Assembly (NCBI GenBank): GCA_017415765.1
Contig: JAFQED010000032.1
Location: 4,709-68,708 of the forward strand
Length of the DNA stretch: 64,000 nucleotides
Direction of reading: 5' to 3'
From: Desulfovibrio sp.
Lineage (GTDB): Bacteria > Desulfobacterota > Desulfovibrionia > Desulfovibrionales > Desulfovibrionaceae
In this document: piece after piece, positions 36,515-44,689 of the stretch
How positions within the stretch are numbered: position 1 is the stretch's first letter
Layout: each line of letters begins with the position of its first letter
Notes under the pieces: model-generated
What the model was told of the DNA's origin: nothing
Databases searched by the model: none
What the model saw: the letters and a program-made list of their open reading frames with translations, nothing else
Made by a program: the position numbers and the translations under genes

Positions 36515-37828
36515 ATGAGCACCTTGACACCGCGTGAAATTGTGGCCGAACTGGACAAGTTTGTGGTTGGGCAGGAACAGGCCAAGCGCATGGTGGCCGT
36601 GGCAGTGCGTAATCGCTGGCGGCGGCAGCGGTTGCCAGCCGAGTTGCGCGATGAGGTGGCCCCCAAGAACATCATCATGATGGGGCCAACCGGCGTTGGC
36701 AAGACAGAAATTGCCCGTCGCCTTGCCAGGCTCTCTGGTGCGCCCTTCATCAAGGTCGAGGCCACCAAGTTTACCGAAGTGGGTTATGTAGGGCGTGATG
36801 TGGAATCCATGGTGCGCGACCTGATGGAAATCGGCATCAACCTTGTGCGTGAGGAAGAAAACGCACGGGTACGCCAGGCTGCCGAAACCGCTGCAGAATC
36901 CCGCCTGATGGACTTGCTCCTGCCCAACTCCTTCGGACAGGAGGAGCGTGCCTCCACCCGCGAAAAACTCTTGCAGCAATTTCGGCTGGGCTTTCTGGAT
37001 CAGCGCGAGGTAGAGCTTGAGGTTACAGAACAGGGCGGGCAGGGCATAGACATTTTTGCCATTCCCGGCATGGAGCAAATGGGCGGGCAGGTCAGGGATA
37101 TGTTCAGCAAGGCCTTTCCCCCGCGCCGTAGCCGCCGCAAGATGAAGGTGCGTGACGCCTTCAATGTACTGGTACAGGAGGAGTCGAACAAGCTGGTTGA
37201 CCAGGATGCCCTTGCCGACCGTGCCCGTGAGCGCGTGGAGCAGAGCGGTATCATCTTTATTGACGAGATAGACAAGATCGCCAGCTCATCGCAAAACAGA
37301 ACATCCGACATTTCGCGAGAAGGCGTCCAGCGTGACCTTTTGCCTATTGTGGAAGGCAGCGTGGTCAACACCAAGCACGGCATGGTGCGGACTGACCATA
37401 TTTTGTTCATTGCGGCCGGGGCTTTTCACTTCAGCAAGCCTTCGGACATGATTCCCGAACTGCAGGGCCGTTTCCCCCTGCGGGTGGAGTTGCAGCCTTT
37501 GGGCAAGGAGGAATTTCTGCGTATCCTCACCGAGCCGGACAATGCCCTGACCAAGCAGTATGAAGCCCTCCTGGGCACGGAACAGATCGCCCTCAGCTTT
37601 ACCCGTGATGGTTTGGAAGAAGTGGCCTCCTTTGCGGAGAGCATCAACGCCCAGACCGAGAATATCGGGGCGCGGCGACTCTATACCATCATGGAAAAGA
37701 TTTTGGCAGATATTTCCTTTGATGCGCCAGAGATGCCGGGTGCCCAAATCGTTATCAACAAAAACTATGTGTGTGAGCATTTGCAGGACGTCCGTCAGGA
37801 TCAGGACTTGAGCCAATATATCCTGTAA
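36515..37828 (+). CDS. hslU: ATP-dependent protease ATPase subunit HslU
   Basis: [55 protein letters not shown] blocks. AGGAG SD before ATG 36515. Confidence 0.95.
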   Translation: MSTLTPREIVAELDKFVVGQEQAKRMVAVAVRNRWRRQRLPAELRDEVAPKNIIMMGPTGVGKTEIARRLARLSGAPFIKVEATKFTEVGYVGRDVESMVRDLMEIGINLVREEENARVRQAAETAAESRLMDLLLPNSFGQEERASTREKLLQQFRLGFLDQREVELEVTEQGGQGIDIFAIPGMEQMGGQVRDMFSKAFPPRRSRRKMKVRDAFNVLVQEESNKLVDQDALADRARERVEQSGIIFIDEIDKIASSSQNRTSDISREGVQRDLLPIVEGSVVNTKHGMVRTDHILFIAAGAFHFSKPSDMIPELQGRFPLRVELQPLGKEEFLRILTEPDNALTKQYEALLGTEQIALSFTRDGLEEVASFAESINAQTENIGARRLYTIMEKILADISFDAPEMPGAQIVINKNYVCEHLQDVRQDQDLSQYIL

Positions 37829-37857
37829 GGGTGTAAAACTGTTGCAAGGGGGGAGTC

Positions 37858-38706
37858 ATGCGCTGGCAGGGTCGTGCAGGCAGCAGCAATGTGGAAGACC
37901 GCCGTGGGCGGGGGATGGCGGGGCGCATACCGCTCAGGGGCAAGCCCAGTGCGCTTTTGCTGATAGTGGTTCTGGTGGCGGGCTACTATGGTGTGGATCT
38001 CACTGGACTGTTGCAGGGAGGCAGTATGTCGCTTCCACAGGTCAGCACCCCCTATACCCCCTCAGCTCAGGAAGAGGAGCTGGCCCGCTTCACCTCCGTG
38101 GCTCTCAAGACCACAGAGGATACCTGGGATACGATTTTCCGGCAGTCGGGCAAGGCCTATGCGCCACCCAGGCTGGTACTGTATTCTGGCATGACGGAGA
38201 CTGCCTGTGGCTATGGTCAGGCCGCCACAGGGCCTTTTTACTGCCCGGCTGACAAAAGCCTCTACATCGACCTTGCTTTCTATCAGGACATGCAGCGCAA
38301 GCTGGGGGGTGGCGGAGATTTTGCCCTTGGCTATGTGCTGGCCCATGAGGTGGGGCATCATGTCCAGAACGAATTGGGCATTGCCGCAGAAGTGCGGCGT
38401 TTACAGCGTACAGCCTCAAAAAGTGATGCAAACCGCCTTTCCGTGATGCTGGAATTACAGGCCGACTGCTTTGCCGGTGTCTGGGGCCATGTTATGCAGC
38501 AGGAGGGCATCCTGGAGCCGGGTGATCTGCAGGAGGCCCTGAACACGGCGGCTGCCATAGGTGACGACCGTCTGCAGCGGCAATCCACCGGCCGTGTTGT
38601 ACCAGACAGTTTCACCCACGGCACTTCCCGCCAACGCCTTGCCTGGTTCAGGCGGGGTTTTGACAGTGGTAACCCCGCCCAGTGCAATACCTTTGATGGT
38701 ATCTGA
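37858..38706 (+). CDS. YpfJ-family neutral zinc metallopeptidase
   Basis: N-terminus [17 protein letters not shown] typical of the family. TM segment. GPFYCP and HEVGHHVQ zinc motif. Confidence 0.85.
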   Translation: MRWQGRAGSSNVEDRRGRGMAGRIPLRGKPSALLLIVVLVAGYYGVDLTGLLQGGSMSLPQVSTPYTPSAQEEELARFTSVALKTTEDTWDTIFRQSGKAYAPPRLVLYSGMTETACGYGQAATGPFYCPADKSLYIDLAFYQDMQRKLGGGGDFALGYVLAHEVGHHVQNELGIAAEVRRLQRTASKSDANRLSVMLELQADCFAGVWGHVMQQEGILEPGDLQEALNTAAAIGDDRLQRQSTGRVVPDSFTHGTSRQRLAWFRRGFDSGNPAQCNTFDGI

Positions 38707-38754
38707 CGGCGTGGCCGTGGTGCAGCAGCCCAGTGCGCATCGAACATAAGGGCG

Positions 38755-39864
38755 TTAGCTATCCCTGTCCGCAGGGGATCCCGTGGTAGTAACGGCAGCA
38801 TCAGCGGGAGCAGGGCTGAGCTGACGCTCTTCCATGAAAATTTGCCAGACTGTCACAAAGAGTACGGCAAGGATGGGGCCTGTCACAAAGCCGTCCATGC
38901 CAAAAACGGCGAAGCCACCCAGGGTCGAGAGCAGGACGAGGAAGTCCGGCAGCTTGGTATCGCGCCCCACCAGTACGGGACGCAGGATGTTGTCTGCCAG
39001 GCCGATAACGCAGGCCCCGTAAGACACAAGGATAAGCCCCTGCCAGAAATGTCCTGTTACAGCCAGATAAATGGCCGTGGGCAGCCAGACCAGGGCGGCC
39101 CCCACCACAGGAATGAGTGAGAGCACAGTCATCACCACGCCCCAGAGTACAGCGGCACGAATGTCCAGAAGCCAGAATATCAGGCCACCCAGCGTCCCTT
39201 GTGCCACGGCCACCAGCAGACTGCCCTTGACCGTAGCCCGCATCACTTCAGCGAATTTGGTAAACAGACGTTCCTCCCGGTGATCGCCAAAGGGCAGGGC
39301 ACGCAGAAGGACAGCCCGTAAACGTGAGCCATCGCGAACCAGAAAGAATGCCAGGTAAAGCACCAGTGCCAGATTGGTCAGAAAGTGCGCCGCACCACCG
39401 CCAAAAGCAACGGTATTTTTGGCTACAATGCCGCCAAGGGAAAGGGCAAGACCAGAAAGCTCATTCTTGAGGCGGGGGATGTCATAGCCAAACTGGGCCA
39501 GCCATACCTGTGCTGCGGGAAAAATGTCACGCAGACGGTCAACGATGTCCGTTACGCTGGTCGTGTCCTGGGAAATGCGTGCATAAAGCTCTGTGGCCTC
39601 GCCTATACAGGAGTAAATAAGCCAGAGCAGCGGCAGGATGATGACAACCAACGCAAAGGATACGGTCAGGAGTGCCGCAAGGCATGGCCCAAGCCCCAGC
39701 CGGGTACGCAGTAGTCTGTTGACGGGCGTAAAAAGCACGCCGATGACTACCGCCCAGAACAAGACATTGAAAAAGGGAAGCAGCAGCCAGCCAAAAAGCA
39801 GGCTGACACCCAAGAGCAGCACCAGAAAGGCACGGGCCTCAAAGCGTGGCATATCAGTGTACAT
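38755..39864 (-). CDS. AI-2E family transporter (PerM/UPF0118)
   Basis: Multi-TM protein with conserved C-terminal blocks VLSLIPVVGAALVWLP and LVLLSTLGGFAVFG. Start chosen at MYTDMPRF after GAGGGA. The long N-terminal extension of the ORF track was rejected. Confidence 0.8.
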   Translation of the reverse strand: MYTDMPRFEARAFLVLLLGVSLLFGWLLLPFFNVLFWAVVIGVLFTPVNRLLRTRLGLGPCLAALLTVSFALVVIILPLLWLIYSCIGEATELYARISQDTTSVTDIVDRLRDIFPAAQVWLAQFGYDIPRLKNELSGLALSLGGIVAKNTVAFGGGAAHFLTNLALVLYLAFFLVRDGSRLRAVLLRALPFGDHREERLFTKFAEVMRATVKGSLLVAVAQGTLGGLIFWLLDIRAAVLWGVVMTVLSLIPVVGAALVWLPTAIYLAVTGHFWQGLILVSYGACVIGLADNILRPVLVGRDTKLPDFLVLLSTLGGFAVFGMDGFVTGPILAVLFVTVWQIFMEERQLSPAPADAAVTTTGSPADRDS

Positions 39865-40081
39865 GGGGATTCCCTCATGGTCGGATATGGATGAGAGGAT
39901 TGGCTGGCGTAGCAGGTCAGCTGCAGCCAGGATATGTGCAGACACATTTTCTGGCAAGGGCCGCTGCCAGCATGCCAGGCCTGAAGGCTGCTTGAAGTGA
40001 CAGGATTTTTCCTTTACATACAGGCAATATGGAATGTCGCTCAAGACATTCCCAACGTCAATACCAGCCCTGGAGGATGAC

Positions 40082-41215
40082 ATGTCCCAGTCGGAACTTG
40101 TTGCCCTTGAGTCTCTGCCGGTTGCTGAAAACAAGATCCAGGCTGCCGCTGCAGAAATAGACTTCAATGACCCGTCACTCACCCTCAGTTATGGTTCCAA
40201 AACCATGAACGAGATTGCCAAGTTTGCAGACTCGCTCTTGGGCAATGTGCGTATCAAGGATTCCGGCCCTGTGGGAGAAAGCCTTGCCGAGCTGATGCTC
40301 AAGGTCAAGGATGTGGATCTGACCCAGATAGCCAAACCGGAAAAAAGTTTTTGGGAATCCCTGCCATTGGTGGGGGGGCTTTTTGATTCCATGCAGCGCA
40401 CAGTGGCCCAGTTTGATACGGTACTCGCACAGGTGGAAGGCATTTCCGAAAAGTTGGAAGATGCCATGCTCAGCCTGCTCAAGGATATTGAGGTCCTGGA
40501 TCAGCTCTACGCCCACAACAAGAATTTTTATGAAGACCTGAGTGCCTATATCCAGGCTGGAGAAGCCCGGCTGGAGCAGGCCCGTCGGGAAGAACTGCCC
40601 CGCCTGGAAGAGGAGGCCAAAAACAGCCCGGACAGTTTGGCCGCACAAAACCTGCGAGATTATGCCGAACGGCTCAACCGCTTTGAGCGGCGTCTGCATG
40701 ACCTCAAGCTTTCGCGTACCATCACCCTGCAAACGGCACCACAGATCAGGATGATCCAGAACAATGACCAGACGCTGGCCGAAAAGATCCAGACCAGTAT
40801 CCTGGCTACTATTCCCATCTGGAAAAACCAGATGGTGCTGGCACTTTCCATCCACAGCCAGCACAAGGCCGCAGGTTTGCAAAAGGATGTGGCAGATACC
40901 ACCAATGCCCTGCTCAGCAAGAATGCGGAAATGCTTCAGGCATCCACTGTGGCGGCAGCCCGTGAGGTGGAGCGTTCCATCGTGGATGTGGAAACCTTGC
41001 GCGGTGTCCACCAAAAACTGGTGGCTACCATTGAAGAAACCATGAACATTGCCCGTGAGGGTCGTGAGCGGCGGCGTGCCACCGAAGCCGAGCTGGCCCT
41101 GATGGAAAATGAAATGCGCTTGCGGCTGACTTCGTTGGCTGACCAGAAAAGCCGTGATGTCATTGCCGGGGCACAGACAGCCGAGGCCTTGCCCGGTGCT
41201 GCTGACAAGGGCTGA
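40082..41215 (+). CDS. TelA/KlaA-family toxic anion resistance protein
   Basis: DFNDPSLTLSYGSKTMNEIAKFADSLL and LQTAPQIRMIQNND blocks typical of TelA (PF05816). GGAGGA SD before ATG 40082. Confidence 0.8.
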   Translation: MSQSELVALESLPVAENKIQAAAAEIDFNDPSLTLSYGSKTMNEIAKFADSLLGNVRIKDSGPVGESLAELMLKVKDVDLTQIAKPEKSFWESLPLVGGLFDSMQRTVAQFDTVLAQVEGISEKLEDAMLSLLKDIEVLDQLYAHNKNFYEDLSAYIQAGEARLEQARREELPRLEEEAKNSPDSLAAQNLRDYAERLNRFERRLHDLKLSRTITLQTAPQIRMIQNNDQTLAEKIQTSILATIPIWKNQMVLALSIHSQHKAAGLQKDVADTTNALLSKNAEMLQASTVAAAREVERSIVDVETLRGVHQKLVATIEETMNIAREGRERRRATEAELALMENEMRLRLTSLADQKSRDVIAGAQTAEALPGAADKG

Positions 41216-41220
41216 TAGTC

Positions 41221-42591
41221 GTGCAGGGATCCAAGAAAAATGACGGATACCCCTCGGCTCTTCGCCGGGGGGCGGAAGTGGGGCTGCGGCTGCTTGGGGG
41301 GGTAGGGCGGCGTTTGCTGGTGCATCTTGCTGCTTTCACTGTTGCTGCCATCGTGGGGCTTTCTGCCCTGGGGCAGGGCTTTTTGCTTTCCGCCGTGCTG
41401 GATGCCCTCCTGGTGTATGTGGGCCTTGTCTGCCTGGTACCGCGTGGGGAAATGTCTGCACCGGAATGGTACTTCCCCGGTTTGGCAGGCGTGGCGCAGG
41501 GAGTCGCCTTGCTTGTATGGGGTTTGCCATTGCCTCTGGCCCTCTTTTTTGCCGGGCTGCAAACCTGGGTACAGCGTCTTATCCAGAGTCGGGGAGACCT
41601 GGGCTGGGAGTGGACGGTCAGTCCCCTCTTACTACTGTGTCTGTTTTTTTCCGTAGAACAGGTCAGTTCCTGGCCGTCAGGTATGCAGTCCTTGTGGAGC
41701 TTCCCTGTCCTGGGGTTTCTGGGCTGGGCAGCCCGAACAGGCTATCTCAGGCTGCGGGCAGATGCCATCCATAAAAAAATGCTGCACAATGCCGAGGCAC
41801 AACTGCGTACATTAGCCGTACAGCCGGCCTTGCCCGATGCGCTGCGGCAGCAGGTGGAACTTTTGCTGGCACAGGTTACGGAATATGCGGCCCTTGACGT
41901 ATCCACACAAAAGGACGCACAGGCCGTGGTCAGCCGTATTGCGGAAGTCGTGCGACAACTTGGGGCCGCCGCACAGAGCTGCGCTGGTCAGGCGGGCGCA
42001 GGGCCTTTGCTGGGGGGCTTACTGCGTTCCAACACATGGAGACAGGTCAGTGGCTCCCGTCAGGAGACTGCCCTTGAGAAAGCCCTTGCGGCTGGGAAGG
42101 CCCTTAATGCCCAACTGGGTGAGATCCTGGCAGCCGTGCGGCCTGTCCAGCCCCAGCAGCCGGAAGAGGGTAGGGCAGATAGCGCGGAACTGGCGCGTAT
42201 CTCTGCCCATGAGGAAGCAGCACGCCAGCTTTTGCAAAGCCGGACTACCCTGCCACCAGCCATTGCGGCGCATGTGGAAATCATAGCATCCGCCGCCGTG
42301 GGGATTTGCCAGAATATGCGCAATGACCCGCAGGACAGGTCGGCCGGGCACAAGTTTTTGGGGCGATACCTGAAGGTCGTCCAGCGGGTTGTAGATGAAC
42401 ATGTCCGCCTGGCGGCCAAGGACGCTGACCACGCTGATGTGGCTGCGGCACTGGCCCGCAGTGAGGAAATCCTAGCCCGACTGGGCAAGGCGTTTCAGGA
42501 TGAGCGTGCAGGTATGCTGCATAATGATGCGATCAACTATACGGCGGAACTCAACGCTCTGGAAAAGCTGTTGACCATGCGAGGACATTGA
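41221..42591 (+). CDS. Membrane protein with an XpaC-like (5-bromo-4-chloroindolyl phosphate hydrolysis protein family) C-terminal domain
   Basis: Several N-terminal TM segments. C-terminal HKFLGRYLKVVQRVVDEHVRL...LNALEKLL resembles the PF10112 helical domain from memory. GTG start 6 nt after the telA stop. Confidence 0.5.
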   Translation: MQGSKKNDGYPSALRRGAEVGLRLLGGVGRRLLVHLAAFTVAAIVGLSALGQGFLLSAVLDALLVYVGLVCLVPRGEMSAPEWYFPGLAGVAQGVALLVWGLPLPLALFFAGLQTWVQRLIQSRGDLGWEWTVSPLLLLCLFFSVEQVSSWPSGMQSLWSFPVLGFLGWAARTGYLRLRADAIHKKMLHNAEAQLRTLAVQPALPDALRQQVELLLAQVTEYAALDVSTQKDAQAVVSRIAEVVRQLGAAAQSCAGQAGAGPLLGGLLRSNTWRQVSGSRQETALEKALAAGKALNAQLGEILAAVRPVQPQQPEEGRADSAELARISAHEEAARQLLQSRTTLPPAIAAHVEIIASAAVGICQNMRNDPQDRSAGHKFLGRYLKVVQRVVDEHVRLAAKDADHADVAAALARSEEILARLGKAFQDERAGMLHNDAINYTAELNALEKLLTMRGH

Positions 42592-42687
42592 GGCAGCAGA
42601 TTGTAAGTGTAATGCCTTCCAATTTGGCAGTATGTGCTGCAATGGTGGCATCATATCGTATATATTCCAAACAGGCAGGAAGATTGT

Positions 42688-44271
42688 ATGGATCATGGAG
42701 GACTTTGGGCCTTTGTGCCACCCGTTCTGGCCATTGCCTTGGCCCTTTTGACCAAGGATGTGCTGATTTCCATTTCGCTCGGCATCGTGTCGGGTCTGTT
42801 GATCGTTGCCGGGGGAGATCCCCTGACAGCCCTTGTCAAATTTTCTGATCTTATGGCCGACAAGGCAGGGGATGCCTGGAATATCCGTATCCTGCTCTTC
42901 TGTGCCCTGCTGGGGGGACTGGTGGGGCTGATAGCCCGTTCTGGTGCCGCACAGGCCTTTGGGCTTTGGGCCTCACGTGCCATCAGGGGACGGCGCAGCG
43001 CGCAGAGCTTCACCTGGCTTTTCGGGCTGCTGATCTTTATTGACGATTACTTCAATTCGCTGGCTGTTGGGTCGGTCATGCGTCCGATAACGGATGCGCG
43101 CGGTGTTTCCCGTGCTAAGCTGGCCTATATCCTGGACTCCACCGCTGCCCCCATTTGTATCATCGCTCCGGTTTCCAGCTGGGTGGTGACTGTTATTTCG
43201 CAAATCCGTGCATCCAGTGGTTTTGGCGATTTGGGCGTCAGCGAAATGAGTTTTTTTATCATGCTCATCCCCTACAATGTCTATGCGTTGCTGGCACTCT
43301 TTATGGTGCTGTTTGTAGCCTGGACCGGCCGTGATTTTGGCCCCATGGCTACAGCAGAACGGCGTGCCGCCAATGGTGAGCTTTACAACGAGACCCTGTA
43401 TGGCCCAGCCCCCGGCAAATTGGAAGAAGGCAAGAATGCCTGTAAGGCGGCATGGTATGATATGGCCCTGCCCATGCTTGTTTTGTTGCTGGCCTGTGTG
43501 GTGGCTTTTCCATTGAGTACCTGGCTGGGCCTCAAGCCGGGTGAGAGCATGGCCCTGGTGGATGGCTTCCGCAATGCGGATGCCTCCAAGGCCCTGCTCT
43601 ACGGTATTGTTTTTTCCCTGGGCATCAGTTGGCTCTATTTTCTGCTCCGGCGGCTTGTTACCATCAAGGATGCCTCAGAGTCCTTTTTGGCAGGTATCAA
43701 GTCCATGGTTCCGGCCCTGGTTATCCTGATCCTTGCCTGGAGCATCGGGCATGTCATCAGCAAGCCCATGAGTGAGGGGGGGCTTGGTCTGCCGCTGGTG
43801 ATCGATGCCATGCTCAAGGGGAGCAACCTGCCCTTCTGGGTGCTGCCGCTATGTGTTTTCTTTATTTCCGGCTGCATTGCCTTTGCCACGGGTACCAGTT
43901 GGGGGACCTTCGGTATTATGATCCCCATTGTGTTGCCAACAGCCATCTCGCTGGCAACCGGTATGGGCTACGCTGGTGATGCGCTTTTGCAGTGCGCTCT
44001 GGTGTCTGTGGGGGCGGTACTTTCCGGTGCGGTGTTTGGTGATCACAGCAGCCCCATCTCGGATACGACCATCCTTTCCAGTGCCGGAGCAGGCTGCCCG
44101 CATCTTGAGCATGTGGCAACGCAAATACCGTATGCCGTGCTGGCTGCCCTGTGCGCCGGGGTGGGGATCGTTGTCGGGGCGTGGAGCATGAATGCGTGGC
44201 TGCCACTGTCCTCAGCCCTGGCGGTATTCCTGCCGACGTTTTTCTGGTTGACGCGCAAGCGGGAAGTATAG
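42688..44271 (+). CDS. Na+/H+ antiporter NhaC family
   Basis: About 12-TM protein with blocks FIDDYFNSLAVGSVMRP, YILDSTAAP, GDHSSPISDTTILSS. Confidence 0.85.
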   Translation: MDHGGLWAFVPPVLAIALALLTKDVLISISLGIVSGLLIVAGGDPLTALVKFSDLMADKAGDAWNIRILLFCALLGGLVGLIARSGAAQAFGLWASRAIRGRRSAQSFTWLFGLLIFIDDYFNSLAVGSVMRPITDARGVSRAKLAYILDSTAAPICIIAPVSSWVVTVISQIRASSGFGDLGVSEMSFFIMLIPYNVYALLALFMVLFVAWTGRDFGPMATAERRAANGELYNETLYGPAPGKLEEGKNACKAAWYDMALPMLVLLLACVVAFPLSTWLGLKPGESMALVDGFRNADASKALLYGIVFSLGISWLYFLLRRLVTIKDASESFLAGIKSMVPALVILILAWSIGHVISKPMSEGGLGLPLVIDAMLKGSNLPFWVLPLCVFFISGCIAFATGTSWGTFGIMIPIVLPTAISLATGMGYAGDALLQCALVSVGAVLSGAVFGDHSSPISDTTILSSAGAGCPHLEHVATQIPYAVLAALCAGVGIVVGAWSMNAWLPLSSALAVFLPTFFWLTRKREV

Positions 44272-44299
44272 GTCAGCCTCATCCAGGGCTATCCATTGT

Positions 44300-44345
44300 A
44301 CAGGGCGGATTGTCGTTGAAAGAGACAATCCGCCCTGTAAGTTTT
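44300..44345 (+). terminator. Intrinsic terminator after nhaC
   Basis: ACAGGGCGGATTGTC-gttgaaaga-GACAATCCGCCCTGT followed by AAGTTTTG. Confidence 0.7.
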
Positions 44346-44374
44346 GTGTTGCTGTAATGGCAGGGCAACACCTG

Positions 44375-44421
44375 ACAAAAACATGCACCTGCACGTATGC
44401 ACCAGGCATATGTGCAGGTGC
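44375..44421 (-). terminator. Intrinsic terminator of the minus-strand radical-SAM transcription unit
   Basis: Minus strand GCACCTGCAC-(17 nt)-GTGCAGGTGC followed by ATGTTTTTG. Confidence 0.6.
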
Positions 44422-44445
44422 AGGAAAAGGGGAGGATCCTATTTT

Positions 44446-44676
44446 TTACGTGCCCGCCGATTGGCTCAACCTGCGGCAGGAACGCAGACGCAGCTCTGCA
44501 ACAATGGCGCGTTCATATTCGGGTGCAAGTGAAAACTCGGTTTCCATCTGGGTGGAAAGCAAGTGGTCAATTTGCTGAGTTTCTGCCCAGATTTCCAGTA
44601 ATTCATCGTCAGCAAGGCTTTTGACGCGCTGGTCAAAGGATTCATCTTCATGGAACGGAAGGCAGGATGCCATCAT
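44446..44676 (-). CDS. Small acidic hypothetical protein (76 aa)
   Basis: ATGATG start 14 nt after the radical-SAM stop, with GAGG SD. MMASCLPFHEDESFDQRVKSLADDELLEIWAETQQ.... No family recognised. Confidence 0.5.
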   Translation of the reverse strand: MMASCLPFHEDESFDQRVKSLADDELLEIWAETQQIDHLLSTQMETEFSLAPEYERAIVAELRLRSCRRLSQSAGT

Positions 44677-44689
44677 AAACCTCGTTAGC

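Noticed and set aside
42625-42641. TGGCAG-N..-GCTGCA upstream of nhaC, and a similar TGGCAA...GCTGCC at 39952-39968 upstream of telA, considered as sigma54 (-24/-12) promoters
   Set aside because: The GG-to-GC spacing does not fit the canonical TGGCAC-N5-TTGC geometry (off by 1-2 nt in either register). No enhancer-binding protein gene is nearby.
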